A stretch of 64,000 nucleotides of DNA, from NCBI RefSeq assembly GCF_009914755.1, contig NC_060948.1. The stretch is one strand, 5' to 3'. Position numbers and translations under genes: made by a program. Numbering within the stretch: position 1 is the stretch's first letter; every line of letters starts with the position of its first letter. The notes under the pieces are model-generated. The model was not told the origin of the DNA, made no database searches, and worked only from the letters and a program-made list of their open reading frames with translations. Positions 28,501-41,600 of this stretch are shown one piece after another. This stretch comes from the human T2T-CHM13v2.0 reference genome, Homo sapiens.

Positions 28501-30800
28501 GGAATGGACTGGAAAGCAATGGACTGGAATGGAACTTTCTTGGATGGACTGGAATCAAACGGAATGGAATGCAATGCAATCAAATGGCATGGAATAAAAT
28601 AGAATGAAAGAGAATCAAATGGAATTGAATCGAATGGAATCGAATGGATTGGAAAGGAATAGAATGGAATGGAATGGTACTGACTCAAATGGAATGGACT
28701 AGAATGGAATGGATTCGAATGGAAGGCAAAGGAATGGAATCTATTGGAATGGACTGTAATGGAATGGAATGGAAGGGATTGGAATGGACTCGAATGGAAT
28801 GGACTGCAATAGAAAGGATTCGAATGGAATGAAAAAGAATTGAATGGAATAGAACAGAATGGAATCAAATCGAATGAAATGGAATGGAATAGAAAGGAAT
28901 GGAATGAAATGGAATGGAAAGGATTCGAATGGAATGCAATCGAATGGAATGGAATCGAACGGAATGGAATAAAATGGAAGAAAACTGGCAAGAAATGGAA
29001 TCGAAATGAATGGAGTGTTATGGAACGGACTCAAAAGGAATTGAATGTAACAGAATGGAGTGGAGTGGACTCGAATATAATGGAGTGGAATGGAATGAAA
29101 TCACATGGAATGGGAACGAATGGAATGGAATGGAAAGGAATGGAATCGAATGGAAAGGAATCGAATGGAAGGTAATGAAAGTGAATCAACAGGAATGGAA
29201 TGGAATAGAATAGACTGTAATGGAATGGACTCGAATAGAATGGACACGAATGCTCAAATTAAATGGACTCGAATGGAATGGAAACGAAAGGAATGTCATC
29301 GAATGGAATTGAATCGATTGGACTGAAATCGCATAGAATGGAGTGGAATCAAATGGAATTGAATCGAAAGGAAAGGAAGCGAATGGACTGAAATGAAATG
29401 GAATGGAATTGAATGGAAAGTAATGCAATGGAATAGAATGGAACGAAATTTCACGGAATGGAATCAAACTGAATGGAATCAAATCAATGGAATCAAATCA
29501 AATGGAATGGAAAGGAATTGAATGGAGTAGATGGGATTGGATGGGATTGGAATGAAATGTACTGGAAAGGACTCGAATTTCATGAAACGGAATGGAATGA
29601 ATTGGAACGGAATGGACTCGAATGGAATGGAATGTCATGGGATGGCATCAAATGGAATGGCATCAAATGGAATGGAATCGAATGCAATGGAATGCTATGG
29701 AATGGAATGGAATGCATTGGAATGGAATGTCCTCTAATGGAATGGATTCGAGTGGAATGGAATTGAATATAATGGAGTCGAATGAAATGGAATTGAAAGG
29801 AATGGGATCGAATACAATGGAATATACTGGAATCTAACGTAATGAACTCGAATGTAATTGACTGGAATGGAATGTACATGAATGGAATGTAATCGAATGC
29901 AAAGTAATCCAATGGAATAGAATCTAATGCAATAAAATCGACTCAGATAGAGTAGAATGTAATGGAATGGAGTGCAGTGCAATGGAATGGAATGGAATGG
30001 AATGCAATGGAATGGAATGGAATGGAATGGAATGGAATGGAATGGAATGGGATGGAATGGTATGGAATGGATAGTAATGGACTGGAGTGAAATGGACTGG
30101 AAAGGAATGGACTCAAATTGAAAGGGCTCGAAAGGAATGGAGTCAAATGGAATGGTCTGGAATGGAATGAACACGAATGTAATGCAACCCAATAGAATGG
30201 AATCGAATGGCATGGAATATAAAGAAATGGAATCGAAGAGAATGGAAACAAATGGAATGGAATTGAATGGAATGGAATTGAATGGAATGGGAACGAATGG
30301 AGTGAAATTGTATGCAGTAGAAGAGAATAGAATGGAATGCAAGCGAAAGGAAAGGAATGGATTGGAATGGAATGGAATTCATTGGAATGGAAGGGAATGT
30401 AGTGTAATGGACAGGCCTGGAATAAAGTGGAATGCTACGGTCTCGAATGGAATAAAAATGTATGGAATGGAATGCAATGAAACGGAATCGAATGTCATAG
30501 AATGTAATGGAATGCAACAAAATGGAATCCAAAATCATTGACTGGAAAGGCTGGGTGTCGAAAGGAATTGACTCCAATGGAATGGAATCGAATGGAATGG
30601 AAGTGAATAGAATCGAACTAAATCGAATGGAATGGAATTGATAGGAACGGAATGGAAAGGAATGCAATGATTTGGCATGGAATGGAATCGAATGGCATCG
30701 AATGGAATGGAATGGAATGCAATGGAATGGAATGTATTAGAATGTAATGAACTTTAATGGAATGTACTCGAATGGATTCGACTGGAATGGAATGTTCTGG
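16500..30800 (+). repeat. Four units (class III) arranged as a duplicated dimer, ~7.1 kb period
   Basis: All four carry cgccagg (~17298, 20817, 24381, 27945), tcttggatgg, gtaacagaatg, ataatggagtgg and gaaggtaatg. Alternate units share further markers at 7083-7128 bp offsets. Confidence 0.8.
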
Positions 30801-33800
30801 AAGTGAATGGACTCCAATGGAATGGATTCAAAAGGAATGGAATCGTACGGAATGGAATCTAATGGAATGGAATTAAATGGAAATGAATCAAATTGAATAG
30901 CACGGAATTGAATTGAATGGAATCGAATGCAATGGAATCTAATGAAACGGAAAGGAAAGGAATGGAATGGAATGGAATGGGCTGGAATGGAAAGGAATCG
31001 AAACGAATGGAATGGAATCGAACTGAAGAGACTGGAATGGAATGCACTGGAATGGAAGGGAGTGTAATGGAAGGTTCTCGAAAAAAATGGAATCGAATGG
31101 AATGGAATTGAATGGAACGGAATAGAGTCGAATGGAATTGAATGGAATGGAATGGACTAGAGTGAAGTGGAATCGAACCACAAGGAATGGACAGGAATAG
31201 AATGGTCTCGAATTGAATGGAATCGTATGGAATGGCATCAAACGGAATGGAATGGACAGCCACGGAATGGAATGCACTCGAATGCAATGGAGTCGAAACT
31301 AACGGACTGGAATAGAATGGACTCGACTGGTACGGACTCCAATGGAATGGAATCGAATGGAAGGGAATCGAACGGAAGGGAATCGAACGGAATGGATTCG
31401 AAGGGAAAAGACTGCAATGGAAACGTCTCGAATGGAATGGAAATTAATGGAATGGAATGGAGTCGAATGAAATGGAGTCAAAAGGAATGGAATCGAATGG
31501 CAAGAAATCGAATGTAATGGAATCGCAAGGAATTGATGTGAACGGAACGGAATGGAATGGAATCCAAAGGAATGGAATAGAATGGAATGGAATCGAATGG
31601 AAAGGACTCGAATGGAAATCACTCGAATAGAATGCAATTTAATAAAATAGGATCAAATGTAATGGAATGGAATGGAAAGGAATCGAAACGAAAGGAATGG
31701 AGACAGATGGAATGGAATGGAACAGAGAGCAATGGTATAGAATGGAATGGAATCATCTGGAACGGAATTGAATGGAATGGAATAATATGAAATGGAATGG
31801 AATGGAATGGAATGGAATGCCCTTGAATTAAATGGACTGGAATGGAATGGACTCAAACAGAGTGGAATGGAAAGAGTGGAGATAGAATGGAATGAACTCC
31901 TTCGGAATGGTCTAGTAGGCAATGCAATCGACTGGCAGGGAATCAAAAGGAATGTAATCGAATGGATTGGACTGGAATGCAATGGACTCGAATAGATTGG
32001 AAACGGAATGCAAAGAATGGAATGGAATAGTATGGAATGGAATGGAAAGGAATGGAGTGGAACTGACTAGAGTGGAATGGAATGGACTGGAAAGCAATGG
32101 ACTGGAATGGAACTTTCTTGAATGGACTGGAATCAAACGGAATGGAATGCAATGCAATCAAATGGCATGGAATAAAATAGAATGAAAGAGAATCAAATGG
32201 AATTGAATCGAATGGAATCGAATGGATTGGAAAGGAATAGAATGGAATGGAATGGAATTGACTCAAATGGAATGGACTAGAATGGAATGGATTCGAATGG
32301 AAGGCAAAGGAATGGAATCTATTGGAATGGACTGTAATGGAATGGAATGGAAGGGATTGGAATGGACTCGAATGGAATGGACTGCAATAGAAAGGATTCG
32401 AATGGAATGAAAAAGAATTGAATGGAATAGAACAGAATGGAATCAAATCGAATGAAATGGAATGGAATAGAAAGGAATGGAATGAAATGGAATGGAAAGG
32501 ATTCGAATGGAATGCAATCGAATGGAATGGAATCGAACGGAATGGAATAAAATGGAAGAAAACTGGCAAGAAATGGAATCGAAATGAATGGAGTGTTATG
32601 GAACGGACTCAAAAGGAATTGAATGTAATAGAATGGAGTGGAGTGGACTCGAATATAATGGACTGGAATGGAATGAAATCACATGGAATGGGAACGAATG
32701 GAATGGAATGGAAAGGAATGGAATCGAATGGAAAGGAATCGAATGGAAGGGAATGAAATTGAATCAACAGGAATGGAAGGGAATAGAATAGACGGTAATG
32801 GAATGGACTCGAATAGAATGGACACGAATGCTCAAATTAAATGGACTCGAATGGAATGGAAACGAAAGGAATGTCATCGAATGGAATTGAATCGATTGGA
32901 ATGAAATCGCATAGAATGGAGTGGAATCAAATGGAATTGAATCGAAAGGAAAGGAAGCGAATGGACTGAAATGAAATGGAATGGAATTGAATGGAAAGTA
33001 ATGCAATGGAATAGAATGGAACGAAATTTCACGGAATGGAATCAAACTGAATGGAATCAAATCAATGGAATCAAATCAAATGGAATGGAAAGGAATTGAA
33101 TGGAGTAGATGGGATTGGATGGGATTGGAATGAAATGTACTGGAAAGGACTCGAATTTCATGAAACGGAATGGAATGAATTGGAACGGAATGGACTCGAA
33201 TGGAATGGAATGTCATGGGATGGCATCAAATGGAATGGCATCAAATGGAATGGAATCGAATGCAATGGAATGCTATGGAATGGAATGGAATGCATTGGAA
33301 TGGAATGTCCTCTAATGGAATGGATTCGAGTGGAATGGAATTGAATATAATGGAGTCGAATGAAATGGAATTGAAAGGAATGGGATCGAATACAATGGAA
33401 TATACTGGAATGTAACGTAATGAACTCGAATGTAATTGACTGGAATGGAATGTACATGAATGGAATGTAATCGAATGGAAAGTAATCCAATGGAATAGAA
33501 TCTAATGCAATAAAATCGACTCAGATAGAGTAGAATGTAATGGAATGGAGTGCAGTGCAATGGAATGGAATGGAATGGAATGCAATGGAATGGAATGGAA
33601 TGGAATGGAATGGAATGGAATGGAATGGAATGGGATGGAATGGTATGGAATGGATAGTAATGGACTGGAGTGAAATGGACTGGAAAGGAATGGACTCAAA
33701 TTGAAAGGGCTCGAAAGGAATGGAGTCAAATGGAATGGTCTGGAATGGAATGAACACGAATGTAATGCAACCCAATAGAATGGAATCGAATGGCATGGAA

Positions 33801-36800
33801 TATAAAGAAATGGAATCGAAGAGAATGGAAACAAATGGAATGGAATTGAATGGAATGGAATTGAATGGAATGGGAACGAATGGAGTGAAATTGTATGCAG
33901 TAGAAGAGAATAGAATGGAATGCAAGCGAAAGGAAAGGAATGGATTGGAATGGAATGGAATTCATTGGAATGGAAGGGAATGTAGTGTAATGGACAGGCC
34001 TGGAATAAAGTGGAATGCTACGGTCTCGAATGGAATAAAAATGTATGGAATGGAATGCAATGAAACGGAATCGAATGTCATAGAATGTAATGGAATGCAA
34101 AAAAATGGAATCCAAAATCATTGACTGGAAAGGCTGGGTGTCGAAAGGAATTGACTCCAATGGAATGAAATCGAATGGAATGGAAGTGAATAGAATCGAA
34201 CTAAATCGAATGGAATGGAATTGATAGGAACGGAATGGAAAGGAATGCAATGATTTGGCATGGAATGGAATCGAATGGCATCGAATGGAATGGAATGGAA
34301 TGCAATGGAATGGAATGTATTAGAATGTAATGAACTTTAATGGAATGTACTCGAATGGATTCGACTGGAATGGAATGTTCTGGAAGTGAATGGACTCCAA
34401 TGGAATGGATTCAAAAGGAATGGAATCGTACGGAATGGAATCTAATGGAATGGAATTAAATGGAAATGAATCAAATTGAATAGCACGGAATTGAATTGAA
34501 TGGAATGGAATGCAATGGAATCTAATGAAACGGAAAGGAAAGGAATGGAATGGAATGGAATGGGCTGGAATGGAAAGGAATCGAAACGAATGGAATGGAA
34601 TCGAACTGAAGAGACTGGAATGGAATGCACTGGAATGGAAGGGAGTGTAATGGAAGGTTCTCGAAAAAAATGGAATCGAATGGAATGGAATTGAATGGAA
34701 CGGAATAGAGTCGAATGGAATTGAATGGAATGGAATGGACTAGAGTGAAGTGGAATCGAACCACAAGGAATGGACAGGAATAGAATGGTCTCGAATTGAA
34801 TGGAATCGTATGGAATGGCATCAAACGGAATGGAATGGACAGCCACGGAATGGAATGCACTCGAATGCAATGGAGTCGAAACTAACGGACTGGAATAGAA
34901 TGGACTCGACTGGTACGGACTCCAATGGAATGGAATCGAATGGACGGGAATCGAACGGAAGGGAATCAGAAGGAATGGACTCGAAGGGAAAAGACTGCAA
35001 TGGAAAGGTCTCGAATGGAATGGAAATTAATGGAATGGAATGGAGTCGAATGAAATGGAGTCAAAAGGAATGGAATCGAATGGCAAGAAATCGAATGTAA
35101 TGGAATCGCAAGGAATTGATGTGAACGGAACGGAATGGAATGGAATCCAAAGGAATGGAATAGAATGGAATGGAATCGAATGGAAAGGACTCGAATGGAA
35201 ATCACTCGAATAGAATGCAATTTAATAAAATAGGATCAAATGTAATGGAATGGAATGGAAAGGAATCGAAACGAAAGGAATGGAGACAGATGGAATGGAA
35301 TGGAACAGAGAGCAATGGTATAGAATGGAATGGAATCATCTGGAATGGAATTGAATGGAATGGAATAATATGAAATGGAATGGAATGGAATGGAATGGAA
35401 TGCCCTTGAATTAAATGGACTGGAATGGAATGGACTCAAACAGAGTGGAATGGAAAGTGTGGAGATAGAATGGAATGAACTCCTTCGGAATGGTCTAGTA
35501 GGCAATGCAATCGACTGGCAGGGAATCAAAAGGAATGTAATGGAATGGATTGGACTGGAATGCAATGGACTCGAATAGATTGGAAACGGAATGCAAAGAA
35601 TGGAATGGAATAGTATGGAATGGAATGGAAAGGAATGGAGTGGAACAGACTAGAGTGGAATGGAATGGACTGGAAAGCAATGGACTGGAATGGAACTTTC
35701 TTGAATGGACTGGAATCAAACGGAATGGAATGCAATGCAATCAAATGGCATGGAATAAAATAGAATGAAAGAGAATCAAATGGAATTGAATCGAATGGAA
35801 TCGAATGGATTGGAAAGGAATAGAATGGAATGGAATGGAATTGACTCAAATGGAATGGACTAGAATGGAATGGATTCGAATGGAAGGCAAAGGAATGGAA
35901 TCTATTGGAATGGACTGTAATGGAATGGAATGGAAGGGATTGGAATGGACTCGAATGGAATGGACTGCAATAGAAAGGATTCGAATGGAATGAAAAAGAA
36001 TTGAATGGAATAGAACAGAATGGAATCAAATCGAATGAAATGGAATGGAATAGAAAGGAATGGAATGAAATGGAATGAAAAGGATTCGAATGGAATGCAA
36101 TCGAATGGAATGGAATCGAACGGAATGGAATAAAATGGAAGAAAACTGGCAAGAAATGGAATCGAAATGAATGGAGTGTTATGGAACGGACTCAAAAGGA
36201 ATTGAATGTAATAGAATGGAGTGGAGTGGACTCGAATATAATGGACTGGAATGGAATGAAATCACATGGAATGGGAACGAATGGAATGGAATGGAAAGGA
36301 ATGGAATCGAATGGAAAGGAATCGAATGGAAGGGAATGAAATTGAATCAACAGGAATGGAAGGGAATAGAATAGACGGTAATGGAATGGACTCGAATAGA
36401 ATGGACACGAATGCTCAAATTAAATGGACTCGAATGGAATGGAAACGAAAGGAATGTCATCGAATGGAATTGAATCGATTGGAATGAAATCGCATAGAAT
36501 GGAGTGGAATCAAATGGAATTGAATCGAAAGGAAAGGAAGCGAATGGACTGAAATGAAATGGAATGGAATTGAATGGAAAGTAATGCAATGGAATAGAAT
36601 GGAACGAAATTTCACGGAATGGAATCAAACTGAATGGAATCAAATCAATGGAATCAAATCAAATGGAATGGAAAGGAATTGAATGGAGTAGATGGGATTG
36701 GATGGGATTGGAATGAAATGTACTGGAAAGGACTCGAATTTCATGAAACGGAATGGAATGAATTGGAACGGAATGGACTCGAATGGAATGGAATGTCATG

Positions 36801-38699
36801 GGATGGCATCAAATGGAATGGCATCAAATGGAATGGAATCGAATGCAATGGAATGCTATGGAATGGAATGGAATGCATTGGCATGGAATGTCCTCTAATG
36901 GAATGGATTCGAGTGGAATGGAATTGAATATAATGGAGTCGAATGAAATGGAATTGAAAGGAATGGGATCGAATACAATGGAATATACTGGAATGTAACG
37001 TAATGACCTCGAATGTAATTGACTGGAATGGAATGTACATGAATGGAATGTAATCGAATGGAAAGTAATCCAATGGAATAGAATCCAATGCAATAAAATC
37101 GACTCAGATAGAGTAGAATGTAATGGAATGGAGTGCAGTGCAATGGAATGGAATGGAATGGAATGCAATGGAATGGAATGGAATGGAATGGAATGGAATG
37201 GAATGGAATGGAATGGGATGGAATGGAATGGGATGGAATGGTATGGAATGGATAGTAATGGACTGGAGTGAAATGGACTGGAAAGGAATGGACTCAAATT
37301 GAAAGGGCTCGAAAGGAATGGAGTCAAAAGGAATGGTCTGGAATGGAATGAACACGAATGTAATGCAACCCAATAGAATGGAATCGAATGGCATGGAATA
37401 TAAAGAAATGGAATCGAAGAGAATGGAAACAAATGGAATGGAATTGAATGGAATGGGAACGAATGGAGTGAAATTGTATGCAGTAGAAGAGAATAGAATG
37501 GAATGCAAGCGAAAGGAAAGGAATGGATTGGAATGGAATGGAATTCATTGGAATGGAAGGGAATGTAGTGTAATGGACAGGCCTGGAATAAAGTGGAATG
37601 CTACGGTCTCGAATGGAATAAAAATGTATGGAATGGAATGCAATGAAACGGAATCGAATGTCATAGAATGTAATGGAATGCAAAAAAATGGAATCCAAAA
37701 TCATTGACTGGAAAGGCTGGGTGTCGAAAGGAATTGACTCCAATGGAATGGAATCGAATGGAATGGAAGTGAATAGAATCGAACTAAATCGAATGGAATG
37801 GAATTGATAGGAACGGAATGGAAAGGAATGCAATGATTTGGCATGGAATGGAATCGAATGGCATCGAATGGAATGGAATGGAATGCAATGGAATGGAATG
37901 TATTAGAATGTAATGAACTTTAATGGAATGTACTCGAATGGATTCGACTGGAATGGAATGTTCTGGAAGTGAATGGACTCCAATGGAATGGATTCCAAAG
38001 GAATGGAATCGTACGGAATGGAATCTAATGGAATGGAATTAAATGGAAATGAATCAAATTGAATAGCACGGAATTGAATTGAATGGAATGGAATGCAATG
38101 GAATCTAATGAAACGGAAAGGAAAGGAATGGAATGGAATGGAATGGGCTGGAATGGAAAGGAATCGAAACGAATGGAATGGAATCGAACTGAAGAGACTG
38201 GAATGGAATGCACTGGAATGGAAGGGAGTGTAATGGAAGGTTCTCGAAAAAAATGGAATCGAATGGAATGGAATTGAATGGAACGGAATAGTGTCGAATG
38301 GAATTGAATGGAATGGAATGGACTAGAGTGAAATGGAATCGAACCACAAGGAATGGACAGGAATAGAATGGTCTCGAATTGAATGGAATCGTATGGAATG
38401 GCATCAAACGGAATGGAATGGACAGCCACGGAATGGAATGCACTCGAATGCAATGGAGTCGAAACTAACGGACTGGAATAGAATGGACTCGACTGGTACG
38501 GACTCCAATGGAATGGAATCGAATGGAAGGGAATCGAACGGAAGGGAATCGAACGGAATGGACTCGAAGGGAAAAGACTGCAATGGAAAGGTCTCGAATG
38601 GAATGGAAATTAATGGAATGGAATGGAGTCGAATGAAATGGAGTCAAAAGGAATGGAATCGAATGGCAAGAAATCGAATGTAATGGAATCGCAAGGAAT

Positions 38700-41600
38700 T
38701 GATGTGAACGGAACGGAATGGAATGGAATCCAAAGGAATGGAATAGAATGGAATGGAATCGAATGGAAAGGACTCGAATGGAAATCACTCGAATAGAATG
38801 CAATTTAATAAAATAGGATCAAATGTAATGGAATGGAATGGAAAGGAATCGAAACGAAAGGAATGGAGACAGATGGAATGGAATGGAACAGAGAGCAATG
38901 GTATAGAATGGAATGGAATCATCTGGAATGGAATTGAATGGAATGGAATAATATGAAATGGAATGGAATGGAATGGAATGGAATGCCCTTGAATTAAATG
39001 GACTGGAATGGAATGGACTCAAACAGAGTGGAATGGAAAGTGTGGAGATAGAATGGAATGAACTCCTTTGGAATGGTCTAGTAGGCAATGCAATCGACTG
39101 GCAGGGAATCAAAACGAATGTAATCGAATGGATTGGACTGGAATGCAATGGACTCGAATAGATTGGAAACGGAATGCAAAGAATGGAATGGAATAGTATG
39201 GAATGGAATGGAAAGGAATGGAGTGGAACAGACTAAAGTGGAATGGAATGGACTGGAAAGCAATGGACTGGAATGGAACTTTCTTGAATGGACTGGAATC
39301 AAACGGAATGGAATGCAATGCAATCAAATGGCATGGAATAAAATAGAATGAAAGAGAATCAAATGGAATTGAATCGAATGGAATCGAATGGATTGGAAAG
39401 GAATAGAATGGAATGGAATGGAATTGACTCAAATGGAATGGACTAGAATGGAATGGATTCGAATGGAAGGCAAAGGAATGGAATCTATTGGAATGGACTG
39501 TAATGGAATGGAATGGAAGGGATTGGAATGGACTCGAATGGAATGGACTGCAATAGAAAGGATTCGAATGGAATGAAAAAGAATTGAATGGAATAGAACA
39601 GAATGGAATCAAATCGAATGAAATGGAATGGAATAGAAAGGAATGGAATGAAATGGAATGGAAAGGATTCGAATGGAATGCAATCGAATGGAATGGAATC
39701 GAACGGAATGGAATAAAATGGAAGAAAACTGGCAAGAAATGGAATCGAAATGAATGGAGTGTTATGGAACGGACTCAAATGGAATTGAATGTAATAGAAT
39801 GGAGTGGAGTGGACTCGAATATAATGGACTGGAATGGAATGAAATCACATGGAATGGGAACGAATGGAATGGAATGGAAAGGAATGGAATCGAATGGAAA
39901 GGAATCGAATGGAAGGGAATGAAATTGAATCAACAGGAATGGAAGGGAATAGAATAGACGGTAATGGAATGGAGTCGAATAGAATGGACACGAATGCTCA
40001 AATTAAATGAACTCGAATGGAATGGAAACGAAAGGAATGTCATCGAATGGAATTGAATCGATTGGAATGAAATCGCATAGAATGGAGTGGAATCAAATGG
40101 AATTGAATCGAAAGGAAAGGAAGCGAATGGACTGAAATGAAATGGAATGGAATTGAATGGAAAGTAATGCAATGGAATAGAATGGAACGAAATTTCACGG
40201 AATGGAATCAAACTGAATGGAATCAAATCAATGGAATCAAATCAAATGGAATGGAAAGGAATTGAATGGAGTAGATGGGATTGGATGGGATTGGAATGAA
40301 ATGTACTGGAAAGGACTCGAATTTCATGAAACGGAATGGAATGAATTGGAACGGAATGGACTCGAATGGAATGGAATGTCATGGGATGGCATCAAATGGA
40401 ATGGCATCAAATGGAATGGAATCGAATGCAATGGAATGCGATGGAATGGAATGGAATGCATTGGAATGGAATGTCCTCTAATGGAATGGATTCGAGTGGA
40501 ATGGAATTGAATATAATGGAGTCGAATGAAATGGAATTGAAAGGAATGGGATCGAATACAATGGAATATACTGGAATGTAACGTAATGAACTCGAATGTA
40601 ATTGACTGGAATGGAATGTACATGAATGGAATGTAATCGAATGGAAAGTAATCCAATGGAATAGAATCTAATGCAATAAAATCGACTCAGATAGAGTAAA
40701 ATGTAATGGAATGGAGTGCAGTGCAATGGAATGGAACGGAATGGAATGCAATGGAATGGAATGGAATGGAATGGAATGGAATGGAATGGAATGGAATGGG
40801 ATGGAATGGTATGGAATGGATAGTAATGGACTGGAGTGAAATGGACTGGAAAGGAATGGACTCAAATTGAAAGGGCTCGAAAGGAATGGAGTCAAATGGA
40901 ATGGTCTGGAATGGAATGAACACGAATGTAATGCAACCCAATAGAATGGAATCGAATGGCATGGAATAGAAAGAAATGGAATCGAAGAGAATGGAAACAA
41001 ATGGAATGGAATTGAATGGAATGGGAACGAATGGAGTGAAATTGTATGCAGTAGAAGAGAATAGAATGGAATGCAAGCGAAAGGAAAGGAATGGATTGGA
41101 ATGGAATGGAATTCATTGGAATGGAAGGGAATGTAGTGTAATGGACAGGCCTGGAATAAAGTGGAATGCTACGGTCTCGAATGGAATAAAAATGTATGGA
41201 ATGGAATGCAATGAAACGGAATCGAATGTCATAGAATGTAATGGAATGCAAAAAAATGGAATCCAAAATCATTGACTGGAAAGGGTGGGTGTCGAAAGGA
41301 ATTGACTCCAATGGAATGGAATCGAATGGAATGGAAGTGAATAGAATCGAACTAAATCGAATGGAATGGAATTGATAGGAACGGAATGGAAAGGAATGCA
41401 ATGATTTGGCATGGAATGGAATCGAATGGCATCGAATGGAATGGAATGGAATGCAATGGAATGGAATGTATTAGAATGTAATGAACTTTAATGGAATGTA
41501 CTCGAATGGATTCGACTGGAATGGAATGTTCTGGAAGTGAATGGACTCCAATGGAATGGATTCAAAAGGAATGGAATCGTACGGAATGGAATCTAATGGA

